Source: a virus
Taxonomy: Duplodnaviria; Heunggongvirae; Uroviricota; Caudoviricetes
DNA: 29,037 nt
Virus record (IMG/VR): IMGVR_UViG_3300045988_046105
Span: 1 to 29,037 of that record
Strand: one strand, 5' to 3'
Shown piece by piece: positions 1 through 8,226 of this stretch (position 1 is its first letter; the number at the start of each line of letters is the position of its first letter). A program made the translations under genes and the position numbers. The notes beneath the pieces were generated by a model, which saw nothing but the letters and a program-made list of their open reading frames with translations, was not told where the DNA came from and did not search any database.

Positions 1-282
1 ACGCTGGAAAATTGCGATGATGACCGTATTGAGGCGGTTAAGGCTGTTTTGCGTAGACTGGCTGGCAACTATCCGGTAACTCCGGATGGTTGGATAAGCT
101 GTAGTGAGCGAATGCCGGAAGAAACGGGTGACATTATTGTTGTTTCGGATGGCATTGTAATGTCAGGGATTTCTTATTCTCGTCGTGACGGGTTCTATAT
201 GGCCGCATTGGAGTACGACGACGACGAACCAATTGACGGTGTAACCCACTGGATGCCGCTGCCAGAACCGCCGCAGGGGTGA
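1..282 (+). CDS. DUF551-like phage protein, 5' partial (reading frame open from window start)
   Basis: Frame 1 is open from nt 1 with no upstream stop; the ORF-track start at 49 is only a TTG. C-terminal ...DGVTHWMPLPEPPQG resembles DUF551-type prophage proteins (recollection). Stop TGA 280-282. Confidence 0.55.
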   Translation, partial: TLENCDDDRIEAVKAVLRRLAGNYPVTPDGWISCSERMPEETGDIIVVSDGIVMSGISYSRRDGFYMAALEYDDDEPIDGVTHWMPLPEPPQG

Positions 283-283
283 A

Positions 284-409
284 ATGATGAACAAGTGCAA
301 CGCTCTGCTTTATGCCATGGTGATTGGTTTCGGCCTGGCTGCTGGTATCCGGGTTTATATTGCCTGGGAGTCATTAATCAATCTGGCGTGGAGTGCGATT
401 CGTGGCTAA
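284..409 (+). CDS. small hydrophobic protein, 41 aa (MMNKCNALLYAMVIGFGLAAGIRVYIAWESLINLAWSAIRG)
   Basis: ATG 284 lies 2 nt after the upstream stop (coupled), AGGGG SD-like element upstream, one predicted TM helix, E. coli-like codons. Below the 60-aa ORF-track cutoff; found by manual translation. Confidence 0.3.
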   Translation: MMNKCNALLYAMVIGFGLAAGIRVYIAWESLINLAWSAIRG

Positions 410-740
410 ATCCCCCGCAGAACGCAAAGCCGCGCAGCGCGCTCGGCAGTCCGCCGCCGGTGAGCGCAAAATTGAACTGGTGCTGGATAAGCAGGAGCAG
501 GAAATGCTGGCGCGGAACTGCGCCGCCCGGCGCCCTGGTCGCGATCCCTATGAAATGGTCGAGTACATCGCGCTGCTGATCCGCCAGGATGATGCACGTG
601 TGCGCGGGCGTATAAAATCGATCAGCAGAAAACTTTGCGGTAAGTGCGGCGAGAGAGTTCCCGTTAATTCATGCCCGTGTAATGGTGACTCGCAATGCTG
701 GGTGACTAAAGGCTGGCATGAAACGAAATTAATAGTGTGA
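402..740 (+). CDS. hypothetical phage protein with C-terminal Cys cluster (possible metal-binding)
   Basis: ORF 393..740; GTG at 402 has GGAG 8 nt upstream. Basic N-terminus, C-terminal CGKCG...CPC...C motif. Stop TGA 738-740 lies inside the GTGACATGTCAC palindrome. Confidence 0.5.
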   Translation: MAKSPAERKAAQRARQSAAGERKIELVLDKQEQEMLARNCAARRPGRDPYEMVEYIALLIRQDDARVRGRIKSISRKLCGKCGERVPVNSCPCNGDSQCWVTKGWHETKLIV

Positions 741-748
741 CATGTCAC
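737..748. repeat. exact palindrome GTGACATGTCAC, copy 1 (14-mer TGTGACATGTCACG)
   Basis: Read directly; overlaps stop codon of 402..740 and lies in the 17-bp gap before the next gene. Confidence 0.9.
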
Positions 749-757
749 GAAGGTGTT

Positions 758-970
758 ATGCCAAAAATACGCTACGACCTTGAAGATATGAGAGATAACT
801 CAGCAAATTTTCCGAAAGAGGTTAAATTTCTCATGCATAAGTATGGTTGCGCCAGGATGGATATAGTTATCGACAGTCAGCACCCTTGCGGCGAGGATGT
901 AATTTTCATTCGCGGTAAATGGGAAGGGTATCTTGACGAGAGTTTTTACGATGAATTTGATGGACTTTGA
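758..970 (+). CDS. hypothetical protein (70 aa)
   Basis: In-frame ATG 758 with AAGGTG SD 4 nt upstream; the track's 737 start is a GTG lying inside the palindrome. No recognisable domain. Confidence 0.45.
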   Translation: MPKIRYDLEDMRDNSANFPKEVKFLMHKYGCARMDIVIDSQHPCGEDVIFIRGKWEGYLDESFYDEFDGL

Positions 971-1011
971 ATACTGCCGCCAACTATGGCGGCTTTATTT
1001 TGCATGGTACT

Positions 1012-1028
1012 ATTACCACAACGGTAAC
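1012..1028. promoter_or_regulatory. operator-like palindrome ATTACC-ACAAC-GGTAAC (site S0) within an 11-bp direct repeat ACTATTACCAC x2 (1009-1019, 1027-1037)
   Basis: Read directly; matches the ATTACC-N5-GGTAAT motif found at five other sites. Lies 17 bp upstream of the terminase small subunit ATG. Confidence 0.35.
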
Positions 1029-1044
1029 TATTACCACGGTGGTT

Positions 1045-1641
1045 ATGATGCCTGCTGAACCTAAAACCTATAAACGCAAATCAACGCAATTTAAGCCACT
1101 AACAGCAATGCAGGAGGCTTATTGCCAGTCATACATCAAAACGCCTGAAAACCAGACTCAGGCAGCGATTAATGCAGGATTCTCCCCAAATACAGCGGCA
1201 GTTAAAGCCAGTGTCATGATGCGCGATGAACGCATTCAAAAACGGATTGCCGAGTTGATGGAGGAGCGCAACAAACGAATGCGCGTCAGTGCTGATTACG
1301 TTCTCATGCGCCTGGTGGAGATCGACCAGATGGACGTGATCGACATCCTCAACGACGATGGGAGCCTTAAGCCAATCCGCGAGTGGCCGAAAATCTGGCG
1401 CACTACGCTTAGCGGCTTTGATCTGTCATCGACCATCATGAACATGAACGAGGATTCGATAGAGACAATCCTCAAAAAAATTAAATGGCCTGACAAGGTG
1501 AAGAACCTCGAACTGATTGGTAAGCACGTCGACGTCAACGCATTCAAAGAACGCCTGGATGTTAATGTGAATGTGACAATTGCTGATCGCATAGCAGCAG
1601 CCAGGAAGCGACTCAAAGAACGTCAGGATGGTAATCAGTGA
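1045..1641 (+). CDS. terminase small subunit
   Basis: ORF 967..1641 (TTG start); a more plausible start is the ATG-ATG pair at 1045. Sequence ...AAINAGFSPNTAAVKASVMMRDERIQKRIAEL... is typical of phage small terminase families (recollection). Stop overlaps the large-subunit start. Confidence 0.7.
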   Translation: MMPAEPKTYKRKSTQFKPLTAMQEAYCQSYIKTPENQTQAAINAGFSPNTAAVKASVMMRDERIQKRIAELMEERNKRMRVSADYVLMRLVEIDQMDVIDILNDDGSLKPIREWPKIWRTTLSGFDLSSTIMNMNEDSIETILKKIKWPDKVKNLELIGKHVDVNAFKERLDVNVNVTIADRIAAARKRLKERQDGNQ

Positions 1642-3113
1642 CAGATACAGTGTTATCTCCTGAAGAGCAGTTGATCGAGGATATTGCAGGGTTCACTCAC
1701 GATCCGCTTGGCTATGCCCTCTATGCGTTCCCGTGGGGGGAAGAGGGGACTGAACTGGCACATGCTACCGGTCCACGTCAGTGGCAGGCCGATGCGTTCC
1801 GAGAGATACGTGATCACCTGCAGAATCCAGAGACGCGTTATCAGCCGCTTATGCTGGCACGTGCTTCTGGTCACGGTATTGGTAAATCCGCATTCATCTC
1901 AATGCTCATCAACTGGGGCATGTCCACTTGCGAGGATTGTAAGGTCGTGGTGACCGCCAACACCGACAACCAGCTACGAACGAAGACCTGGCCGGAAATT
2001 ATCAAGTGGTCGAACCTTGCTATCACGAAAGACTGGTTTACCTGTACCGCTACCGCGATGTACAGCAATGACCCTGGGCACGACAAGCGGTGGCGGGCTG
2101 ATGCAATACCCTGGTCTGAGCACAACACTGAGGCATTCGCCGGACTACACAACGAGCGCAAACGCATCATCGTGGTATTCGATGAAGCGTCGAACATTGC
2201 GGATCTGGTGTGGGAAGTTGCTGAGGGTGCGCTTACGGACGAAGACACTGAGATTATCTGGGTGGCGTTCGGAAACCCTACACGTAATACCGGGCGTTTT
2301 CGCGAATGTTTCCGCAAATACAAACACCGCTGGAAAACTGCGCAGATTGACAGCCGGACGGTGGAAGGTACTAACAAACAGCAGTTGCAGAAATGGGTTG
2401 ATGACTACGGGGAAGACAGCGACTTCGTTAAAATCCGTGTGCGCGGCATATTCCCTGATGCATCTGAATTGCAGTTTATCCCTACCGGTCTTACTGATGA
2501 GGCCATGAAACGGGTGGTAACCGCTGCGCAGGTTGCACATGCTCCGGTGATAATCGGCGTTGACCCGGCATACTCCGGAGTTGATGACGCTGTGATATAC
2601 CTGCGGCAGGGGCTACACAGTAAGGTGCTGTGGACTGGCAACAAGACTACCGACGATCTGATTATGGCGAAGCGTATCGCTGACTTTGAAGACCAGTATC
2701 AGGCTGACGCGGTGTTCATCGACTTCGGTTACGGAACCGGTTTGAAGTCAATCGGTGACGGCTGGGGGCGTACATGGCAACTTGTTCCGTTCGGTGGCGC
2801 GTCTACTGACCCGCAGATGCTCAACAAGCGTGGGGAGATGTTCAATTCATGCAAGACATGGCTGAGGCTTGGCGGCATGCTGGATGACCAGGAAACAGCA
2901 GACGACCTGTCGGCGGCAGAGTACAAAGTTCGAGTGGACGGTAAAATCGTTATCGAACCGAAGGAAGATATCAAGGAGCGGCTTGGGCGTTCGCCTGGTA
3001 AAGGCGATGCGCTACTGCTGACGTTTGCTTTCCCGGTGTCAAAGCGCCTGCGAATTCCCGGGCAGCAGAACCAGCAAGGCAAGGCCATTACAGATTACGA
3101 TCCCTATGCTTAA
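1638..3113 (+). CDS. terminase large subunit
   Basis: 491 aa; Walker A-like GHGIGKS, acidic ...VVFDEAS..., position and size. GTG start overlapping the upstream stop (GTGA). Confidence 0.9.
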   Translation: MTDTVLSPEEQLIEDIAGFTHDPLGYALYAFPWGEEGTELAHATGPRQWQADAFREIRDHLQNPETRYQPLMLARASGHGIGKSAFISMLINWGMSTCEDCKVVVTANTDNQLRTKTWPEIIKWSNLAITKDWFTCTATAMYSNDPGHDKRWRADAIPWSEHNTEAFAGLHNERKRIIVVFDEASNIADLVWEVAEGALTDEDTEIIWVAFGNPTRNTGRFRECFRKYKHRWKTAQIDSRTVEGTNKQQLQKWVDDYGEDSDFVKIRVRGIFPDASELQFIPTGLTDEAMKRVVTAAQVAHAPVIIGVDPAYSGVDDAVIYLRQGLHSKVLWTGNKTTDDLIMAKRIADFEDQYQADAVFIDFGYGTGLKSIGDGWGRTWQLVPFGGASTDPQMLNKRGEMFNSCKTWLRLGGMLDDQETADDLSAAEYKVRVDGKIVIEPKEDIKERLGRSPGKGDALLLTFAFPVSKRLRIPGQQNQQGKAITDYDPYA

Positions 3114-3159
3114 TCCGTTAGCGGGGATAATGACGGAGATATCCTCTGGTGAGGATAAA

Positions 3160-3190
3160 ACAAAGCCAGCTCATCGGCTGGCTGTTTGTG
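3160..3190. terminator. bidirectional intrinsic terminator between convergent terminase and accessory gene
   Basis: Hairpin AGCCAGC-TCATCG-GCTGGCT (3164-3183), A-tract upstream and GTTTGT downstream on + strand. Confidence 0.5.
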
Positions 3191-3199
3191 ACATGTCAC
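3188..3199. repeat. exact palindrome GTGACATGTCAC, copy 2 (14-mer TGTGACATGTCACG)
   Basis: Read directly; 4 bp downstream of the stop of minus-strand gene 3204..3575. Confidence 0.9.
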
Positions 3200-3203
3200 G
3201 GTG

Positions 3204-3575
3204 TTATTGCTCGCTTAACTTCTGCTTCAGCAAGTAACCTTCAAGCATCCAGATTTTGTTTACAGCATTCTGCCGGGCAATCTTCCGACCAATTCCCGCA
3301 TCAAAGTTTTCCGGGCTTGCACAGGCGCTCTCTCCGGTGACGGTGAAGCCGTTGCGCAGCACCAGAACGCAGAACGTCAGCAGAGAAAGTGATTCGTGCG
3401 GCTGGTAGTTTACCTCTCCGCCAGTATGTTTCGCTTTTATGGCTACGCCAAAGACACCATCTTCTGCTGTGAAATATGCCTCCTGAGCAATAATGCTCTC
3501 GATATGGTCTGGCGTAACGCGCGGCGCGGCTAAACCTTTAGCCTGAATTTCAGATTCAATGTCTTTGTCACTCAT
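3204..3575 (-). CDS. conserved small phage protein of unknown function (123 aa); family not confidently identified
   Basis: Strong SD AAGGTGAG 8 nt before ATG; motif ...LLTFCVLVLRNGFTVTGESACASPENFDAGIGRKIARQNAVNKIWMLEGY... recalled from many enterobacterial prophage proteins. Opposite strand to all flanking virion genes. Confidence 0.65.
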   Translation of the reverse strand: MSDKDIESEIQAKGLAAPRVTPDHIESIIAQEAYFTAEDGVFGVAIKAKHTGGEVNYQPHESLSLLTFCVLVLRNGFTVTGESACASPENFDAGIGRKIARQNAVNKIWMLEGYLLKQKLSEQ

Positions 3576-3591
3576 AGTCTAATCTCACCTT

Positions 3592-3615
3592 AAAAAAATG
3601 CCCGGCGAACCGGGC
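3592..3615 (-). terminator. terminator-like hairpin plus U7 immediately upstream of the RBS of 3204..3575
   Basis: Minus strand: GCCCGG-UUCG-CCGGGC followed by AUUUUUUUAAGGUGAG; the SD begins right after the U-tract. Confidence 0.4.
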
Positions 3616-3691
3616 GAACTGGAAGCAATGAGTTATGCCTTCCGTGGCTGTACTGGTTTACAGCATGAAGTCATCGCAATGGCGTCCTGCT

Positions 3692-3735
3692 GTAAAAAGG
3701 GCGGTGATAGTCCTTCAAGGGAAACCATCACCGCC
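3692..3735 (-). terminator. hairpin downstream of tRNA-Arg (possible tRNA terminator)
   Basis: 9-bp inverted repeat GGCGGTGAT/ATCACCGCC with 18-nt loop, followed on minus strand by CUUUUUA. Confidence 0.3.
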
Positions 3736-3778
3736 AAGCACCTGGAACTTCTGGCATCACGGTCCTTAGGCGTGATTC

Positions 3779-3855
3779 TGGCGTGGCATGCAGGATTCGA
3801 ACCTGCGACCAACCGCTTAGAAGGCGGTTGCTCTGTCCAACTGAGCTAATGCCAC
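3779..3855 (-). tRNA. tRNA-Arg (anticodon UCU), 77 nt, CCA encoded
   Basis: Hand-folded reverse complement GTGGCATTAGCTCAGTTGGACAGAGCAACCGCCTTCTAAGCGGTTGGTCGCAGGTTCGAATCCTGCATGCCACGCCA: 7-bp acceptor, 4-bp D stem, 5-bp anticodon stem, loop CUUCUAA, 5-bp T stem with TTCGAAT loop. Confidence 0.9.
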
Positions 3856-4176
3856 AACGCTGAGAGCACTTAGCCTGTTAAGGCGCCACACTTTGTCGCG
3901 GCTCCATAAATGCTCTCATCGTTGTACCCTCGTCTCTTCCGAGGCGTCACACCGAATCGCCGGGATGGTGAATCCCCGTGCGCGGAATAAAACCGCTCGA
4001 CTTGCACATTCCGGCTACCTGGTTCGTTTGCCCGAGCAAGGGAGGGTGCCCCTTAAACGTATCCAGACCGCTATCGTCGCATGTGCCATACGCCGTACTG
4101 CTCAAAATAAAAGCTCACTCCACCTGTTCAATTTAACGACAAGCCAGTCAGGTTAATAACCGGAATGAACTATTTA

Positions 4177-4193
4177 CTTACCTGAAGGGTAAT
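4177..4193. promoter_or_regulatory. operator-like palindrome CTTACC-TGAAG-GGTAAT (site S6) upstream of the portal operon
   Basis: Read directly; sits in the ~420-bp non-coding region 3856-4282 about 90 bp upstream of the first structural-operon ATG. Confidence 0.4.
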
Positions 4194-4282
4194 AATTCGT
4201 GCATTAAATGTCAACTATCTACGATAAATAAATCATATGTGGTTAAATTGGTAATAATTTAATTGCGTACGGAGTCATTGAT

Positions 4283-4489
4283 ATGTGCATGGGTAGCTCA
4301 CCATCAGTGCCTGCAACACCAGAAGTTCAGGCAGCACCACAGGAGCAGGATGCCGCCGTTGTTGATGCCCGCGACGAAGAAACACGTCGCCGTCGCGCTG
4401 CTGCTGGTCGTAGTTCTACGCTGCTTACCGGTTCTCAGGGCGACACATCAACCGCTAATACCAGCGGTAAAACGCTGCTTGGTCAGTAA
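4283..4489 (+). CDS. small hypothetical protein (68 aa)
   Basis: ATG with GGAG SD; RBS context GGAGTCATTGA-ATG is duplicated almost exactly at the portal start (4491-4506). No recognisable domain. Confidence 0.45.
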   Translation: MCMGSSPSVPATPEVQAAPQEQDAAVVDARDEETRRRRAAAGRSSTLLTGSQGDTSTANTSGKTLLGQ

Positions 4490-4503
4490 CCGGAGTCATT
4501 GAA

Positions 4504-6183
4504 ATGGCGGAAACAACTAAAGAGCGATTGAACAAACAGTTCGCACAACTTGAAAGCGAGCGTCAGTCGTTCGAGCCGCACTGGCGCGAGTTGAGTGATT
4601 ACATCAACCCGCGTGGTTCCCGCTTTCTGACTTCTGAGGTCAACCGTAACGATCGACGCAATACACGCATTATTGATTCGACCGGGACTATGGCGGCGCG
4701 CACTCTCGCCAGCGGCATGATGTCAGGCATCACAAGCCCCGCCCGTCCGTGGTTTCGCCTGGCTACGCCAGATCCTGAAATGATGGATTATGGCCCTGTT
4801 AAGTTGTGGCTTGAGGCGGTGCAGAACCGCATGAACGATATGTTCAATAAGTCGAATCTCTACCAGTCTCTTCCGCAGTTATACGGAAGCCTCGGCACAT
4901 ACAGCACTGGTGCAATGGCGGTGCTGGAGGATGACGAGGACATCATTCGCACAATGCCATTCCCTATAGGCAGTTACTACCTGGCTAACTCACCTCGTGG
5001 CAGTGTGGACACCTGTTTCCGCAAGTTCTCTATGACTGTTCGTCAGCTTGTTCAGGAGTTCGGGCTAAATAACGTCAGCGAATCCGTAAAAAGCATGTGG
5101 GAAAGCGGCACCTACGAGAAGTGGATTGAAGTGATGCATTCGGTTTACCCGAACATTGACCGCGATACATCGAAGCTGGATAGCAAGAACAAGCCATTCA
5201 AATCGGTTTATTACGAGGTTGGTGGCGATAACGACAAGTTGTTGCGTGAGTCCGGATTCGATGAGTTTCCAATTATGGCTCCGCGCTGGGAAGTTAACGG
5301 CGAAGATGTTTATGGATCATCATGCCCGGGTATGCTGGCGCTTGGACCTGTTAAGGCATTGCAGCTTCTCCAGAAGCGCAAGTCGCAGTTGATTGATAAA
5401 GCCACCAATCCGCCGATGGTTGCTCCGACTTCCCTCAAGAATCAGCGCGCCTCCCTTCTTCCTGGCGACATCACGTATATCGATCAGATTACTGGTCAGG
5501 ATGGCTTCAGGCCTGCTTATCTGGTTAACCCCAGTACAGCAGATTTGGTGGCAGACATTCAGGACACCCGTCAAATCATTAACAGCGCCTACTTTGTCGA
5601 TCTGTTCATGATGTTGCAGAACATCAATACCCGCTCGATGCCTGTTGAAGCGGTAATCGAAATGAAAGAAGAAAAACTTCTGATGTTGGGGCCGGTTCTG
5701 GAGCGTCTGAACGACGAATGTCTTAATCCTCTCATTGACCGCGCTTTCTCGATGATGGTGCGTAAAAACATGCTGCCGCCACCGCCTGACGCGATGGAAG
5801 GCATGCCCCTGAAGGTCGAATACATTTCCGTCATGGCTCAGGCGCAGAAGTCTATCGGCCTGTCCAGTCTGGCGTCCACGGTTAACTTCATTGGTCAACT
5901 TGCGCAAGCGAAACCAGAAGCTCTCGACAAACTCAACGTTGATCAGGCGATCGATGCATTCGCTGATATGTCCGGAGTGTCTCCAACCGTCATTGTTCCG
6001 CAGGAACAGGTTGAGCAGGCTCGCCAGCAACGGGCACAGCAGCAACAGCAGCAACAAATGATGGCGATGGGGATGGCGGCGGCACAGGGTGTCAAGACGC
6101 TAAGTGAAGCTAAAACTTCGGATCCGAGTGTGTTGTCAGCTATGGCGAATGCAGTTAGTGGTCAGGGTGGGCAATCACAATGA
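4504..6183 (+). CDS. portal (head-to-tail connector) protein, T7 gp8-like
   Basis: 559 aa; overall pattern and Q/M-rich C-terminus (QQQQQQQMMAMGMAAAQG) resemble T7 gp8 as recalled; position after terminase. Confidence 0.85.
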   Translation: MAETTKERLNKQFAQLESERQSFEPHWRELSDYINPRGSRFLTSEVNRNDRRNTRIIDSTGTMAARTLASGMMSGITSPARPWFRLATPDPEMMDYGPVKLWLEAVQNRMNDMFNKSNLYQSLPQLYGSLGTYSTGAMAVLEDDEDIIRTMPFPIGSYYLANSPRGSVDTCFRKFSMTVRQLVQEFGLNNVSESVKSMWESGTYEKWIEVMHSVYPNIDRDTSKLDSKNKPFKSVYYEVGGDNDKLLRESGFDEFPIMAPRWEVNGEDVYGSSCPGMLALGPVKALQLLQKRKSQLIDKATNPPMVAPTSLKNQRASLLPGDITYIDQITGQDGFRPAYLVNPSTADLVADIQDTRQIINSAYFVDLFMMLQNINTRSMPVEAVIEMKEEKLLMLGPVLERLNDECLNPLIDRAFSMMVRKNMLPPPPDAMEGMPLKVEYISVMAQAQKSIGLSSLASTVNFIGQLAQAKPEALDKLNVDQAIDAFADMSGVSPTVIVPQEQVEQARQQRAQQQQQQQMMAMGMAAAQGVKTLSEAKTSDPSVLSAMANAVSGQGGQSQ

Positions 6184-6476
6184 CAGATTACGAAGACGAT
6201 CAACTGAAAGAAGAAAACGCCCGTAAGCAACGTGACATGGCACAGCGTGAAATTGATGACATTCGCTTTGTCATGAGCAGTGAACAGGGGCGTCGCGTTG
6301 TCTGGTCGGTGCTGGAGAAAGGCCGTGTGTTTTCCGCTATCTCTCCGATGGATGCTATGGCAATGGCATTTAATGAGGGGCAACGCAATCTGGCGCTGGA
6401 ACTGTTTCAGCGCGTTATGGCGCATTGCCCTGAACAGTATTTGAAGATGGCCAAAGAGGCCAGTGAACAGGAGTGA
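6180..6476 (+). CDS. hypothetical virion-module protein (98 aa)
   Basis: ATG overlaps portal stop (ATGA); acidic small protein; no family recognised. Confidence 0.5.
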   Translation: MTDYEDDQLKEENARKQRDMAQREIDDIRFVMSSEQGRRVVWSVLEKGRVFSAISPMDAMAMAFNEGQRNLALELFQRVMAHCPEQYLKMAKEASEQE

Positions 6477-6478
6477 TC

Positions 6479-7174
6479 ATGAATTTATTTGAGCGTTTGC
6501 TGTATCGCCGTCTTTGCAATGAGCAACCAGTCGATGGTGGAGCAGCTCCGGCTGCGTCAGAACCGTCAGCGCCTGCAGGTGATAACCCTGCTCCAGTTGG
6601 TGATCCATCACAACAGGAAGGTGATAAGCCACAACCTGTTGCTGATGGCGATAAACCTGCTGATGACAAAAAGCCTGAAAACGATAAGCAGGATGAAAAA
6701 AAGGACGGCGATAAACCAGAGGGTGCGCCTGAGAAGTACGAGTTTCAGGCTGCCGAAGGCGTAGAGCTGGATACAGAAGCGTTGAAGGAATTCGAGCCGG
6801 TGGCGCGAGAACTAAACCTGACCAACGAGCAAGCGCAAAAGCTGGTTGATGCTTATCCGAAGATTCTGGCAGGTGTGCAGCAGCGCCAGGCAGAAGCCTG
6901 GCAGAAAACAACCGAGCAGTGGGCTGCTGATGTAAAAGCTGACAAAGAAATCGGTGGCGACAAGTTGATTTCTAACCTTAGCGCCGCACAGCGTGCGCTT
7001 GACCAGTTCGGGACACCTGAGCTCAAAGAATATCTGAACACCACCGGACTGGGTAATCACCCTGATCTGGTCAAAACGTTCGTGAAAATCGGAAAGGCGA
7101 TGTCTGAGGATGGCATGGTCACCGGTGGTAATGAAGGCCAGCGTAGTGCGGCCGAAGTGCTCTATGGCAAATAA
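6479..7174 (+). CDS. scaffolding protein (predicted)
   Basis: ATG 6479 with AGGAG SD (track start 6473 is GTG). Acidic low-complexity N-half (DGDKPADDKKPENDKQDEKKDGDKPE) and helical C-half; sits between portal and major capsid. Confidence 0.65.
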   Translation: MNLFERLLYRRLCNEQPVDGGAAPAASEPSAPAGDNPAPVGDPSQQEGDKPQPVADGDKPADDKKPENDKQDEKKDGDKPEGAPEKYEFQAAEGVELDTEALKEFEPVARELNLTNEQAQKLVDAYPKILAGVQQRQAEAWQKTTEQWAADVKADKEIGGDKLISNLSAAQRALDQFGTPELKEYLNTTGLGNHPDLVKTFVKIGKAMSEDGMVTGGNEGQRSAAEVLYGK

Positions 7175-7188
7175 GAGAGGAAATAACA

Positions 7189-8175
7189 ATGGCTGTTAAA
7201 GGCTTAACTGCGCTAACGCTGGCTGACTGGGGTAAGCGCGTCGATCCAGATGGGAAAGTCGATAAGATTATCGAGCTTCTCGGTCAAACTAACCCGATCC
7301 TTCAGGATATGCCTTTTGTCGAAGGGAACCTTCCTACCGGACACAAAACCACCATTCGTTCTGGTTTACCTTCAGCTACCTGGCGTTTGTTGAACTATGG
7401 CGTACAACCAAGCAAATCAACCACAGTGCAGGTCACCGATTCCATTGGTATGTTGGAAACCTATGCTGAAGTCGATAAGTCACTGGCTGATCTGAGCGGC
7501 AATACCGCCGAATTCCGCCTGTCTGAAGACCGCGCATTTATTGAAGCGATGAATCAGCAGATGGCGCAGACGCTGTTTTATGGTGATTCCAGCGTTAACC
7601 CTCAGCAGTTTATGGGACTGTCCTCCCGCTATTCCAGCCTGTCTGCGGGTAATGCTCAGAACATCATTGATGCTGGTGGCACGGGTACAGATAACACCTC
7701 AATCTGGTTAGTGGTGTGGGGCGAAAACACCGTGCATGGCATCTTCCCGAAAGGGCAGAAGGCTGGCATCCAGATGGAAGATAAAGGCCAGGTGACACTG
7801 GAAGATGCTAGTGGCGGCAAGTACGAAGGCTATCGTACCCATTACAAATGGGATAACGGACTTTCTCTGCGTGACTGGCGTTATGTTGTTCGCATTGCAA
7901 ACATCGATGTCAGCAATCTTTCAGAACCTTCCTCTGCCGCAAATATTGCGAAGTTGATGGTTAAAGCACTGCATCGCATTCCAAATCGTGGCATGGGTCG
8001 CCCGGTGTTCTACATGAACCGCACTGTAGGCCAGGCTCTTGATCTGCAATCTCTGGAGAAAACATCTCTGGCGATCAGCGTAAAAGAGACAGAAGGAGAG
8101 TGGTGGACTTCATTCCGTGGTGTACCAATCCGTGAAACTGATGCGCTTCTGGAAACAGAAGCCCGCGTGGTGTAA
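7189..8175 (+). CDS. major capsid protein
   Basis: 328 aa, strong SD GAGAGG, directly after scaffold; size and position; family not identified without a search. Confidence 0.8.
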   Translation: MAVKGLTALTLADWGKRVDPDGKVDKIIELLGQTNPILQDMPFVEGNLPTGHKTTIRSGLPSATWRLLNYGVQPSKSTTVQVTDSIGMLETYAEVDKSLADLSGNTAEFRLSEDRAFIEAMNQQMAQTLFYGDSSVNPQQFMGLSSRYSSLSAGNAQNIIDAGGTGTDNTSIWLVVWGENTVHGIFPKGQKAGIQMEDKGQVTLEDASGGKYEGYRTHYKWDNGLSLRDWRYVVRIANIDVSNLSEPSSAANIAKLMVKALHRIPNRGMGRPVFYMNRTVGQALDLQSLEKTSLAISVKETEGEWWTSFRGVPIRETDALLETEARVV

Positions 8176-8226
8176 CGCCTGTTATTAACCTGTGGGTCGT
8201 AACAGACCCACTAATGGAGAAAGAAG

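Noticed and set aside
737-748. GTGACATGTCAC as a CRP or FNR site
   Set aside because: Half-sites TGTGA/TCACA are CRP-like but the spacing is 4 bp rather than 6; FNR-type spacing fits but the half-sites do not. No confident assignment.
1871-2377. Long minus-strand ORFs inside the terminase, portal, ejection-protein and tailspike genes (for example 1871..2377, 5320..6057, 13665..14150, 18819..19280, 24286..24612)
   Set aside because: They lie antisense to genes with strong coding evidence, lack RBS and have unusual amino-acid composition; typical shadow ORFs.
3779-3855. tRNA-Arg as the prophage attachment site (attB/attP core)
   Set aside because: The tRNA is flanked on both sides by phage late genes and differs from the host argU sequence as recalled; it is cargo, not the junction.
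3893-4156. 87-aa ORF in the region between tRNA and portal operon
   Set aside because: Arg-rich, no RBS, lies in promoter/non-coding DNA; more likely non-coding.
6030-6062. CAG/CAA trinucleotide run (poly-Gln) near the portal C-terminus as a slippage or phase-variation tract
   Set aside because: Mixed CAG/CAA codons and in-frame Gln-rich tail is a native feature of T7-type portals as recalled; not a homopolymeric repeat.
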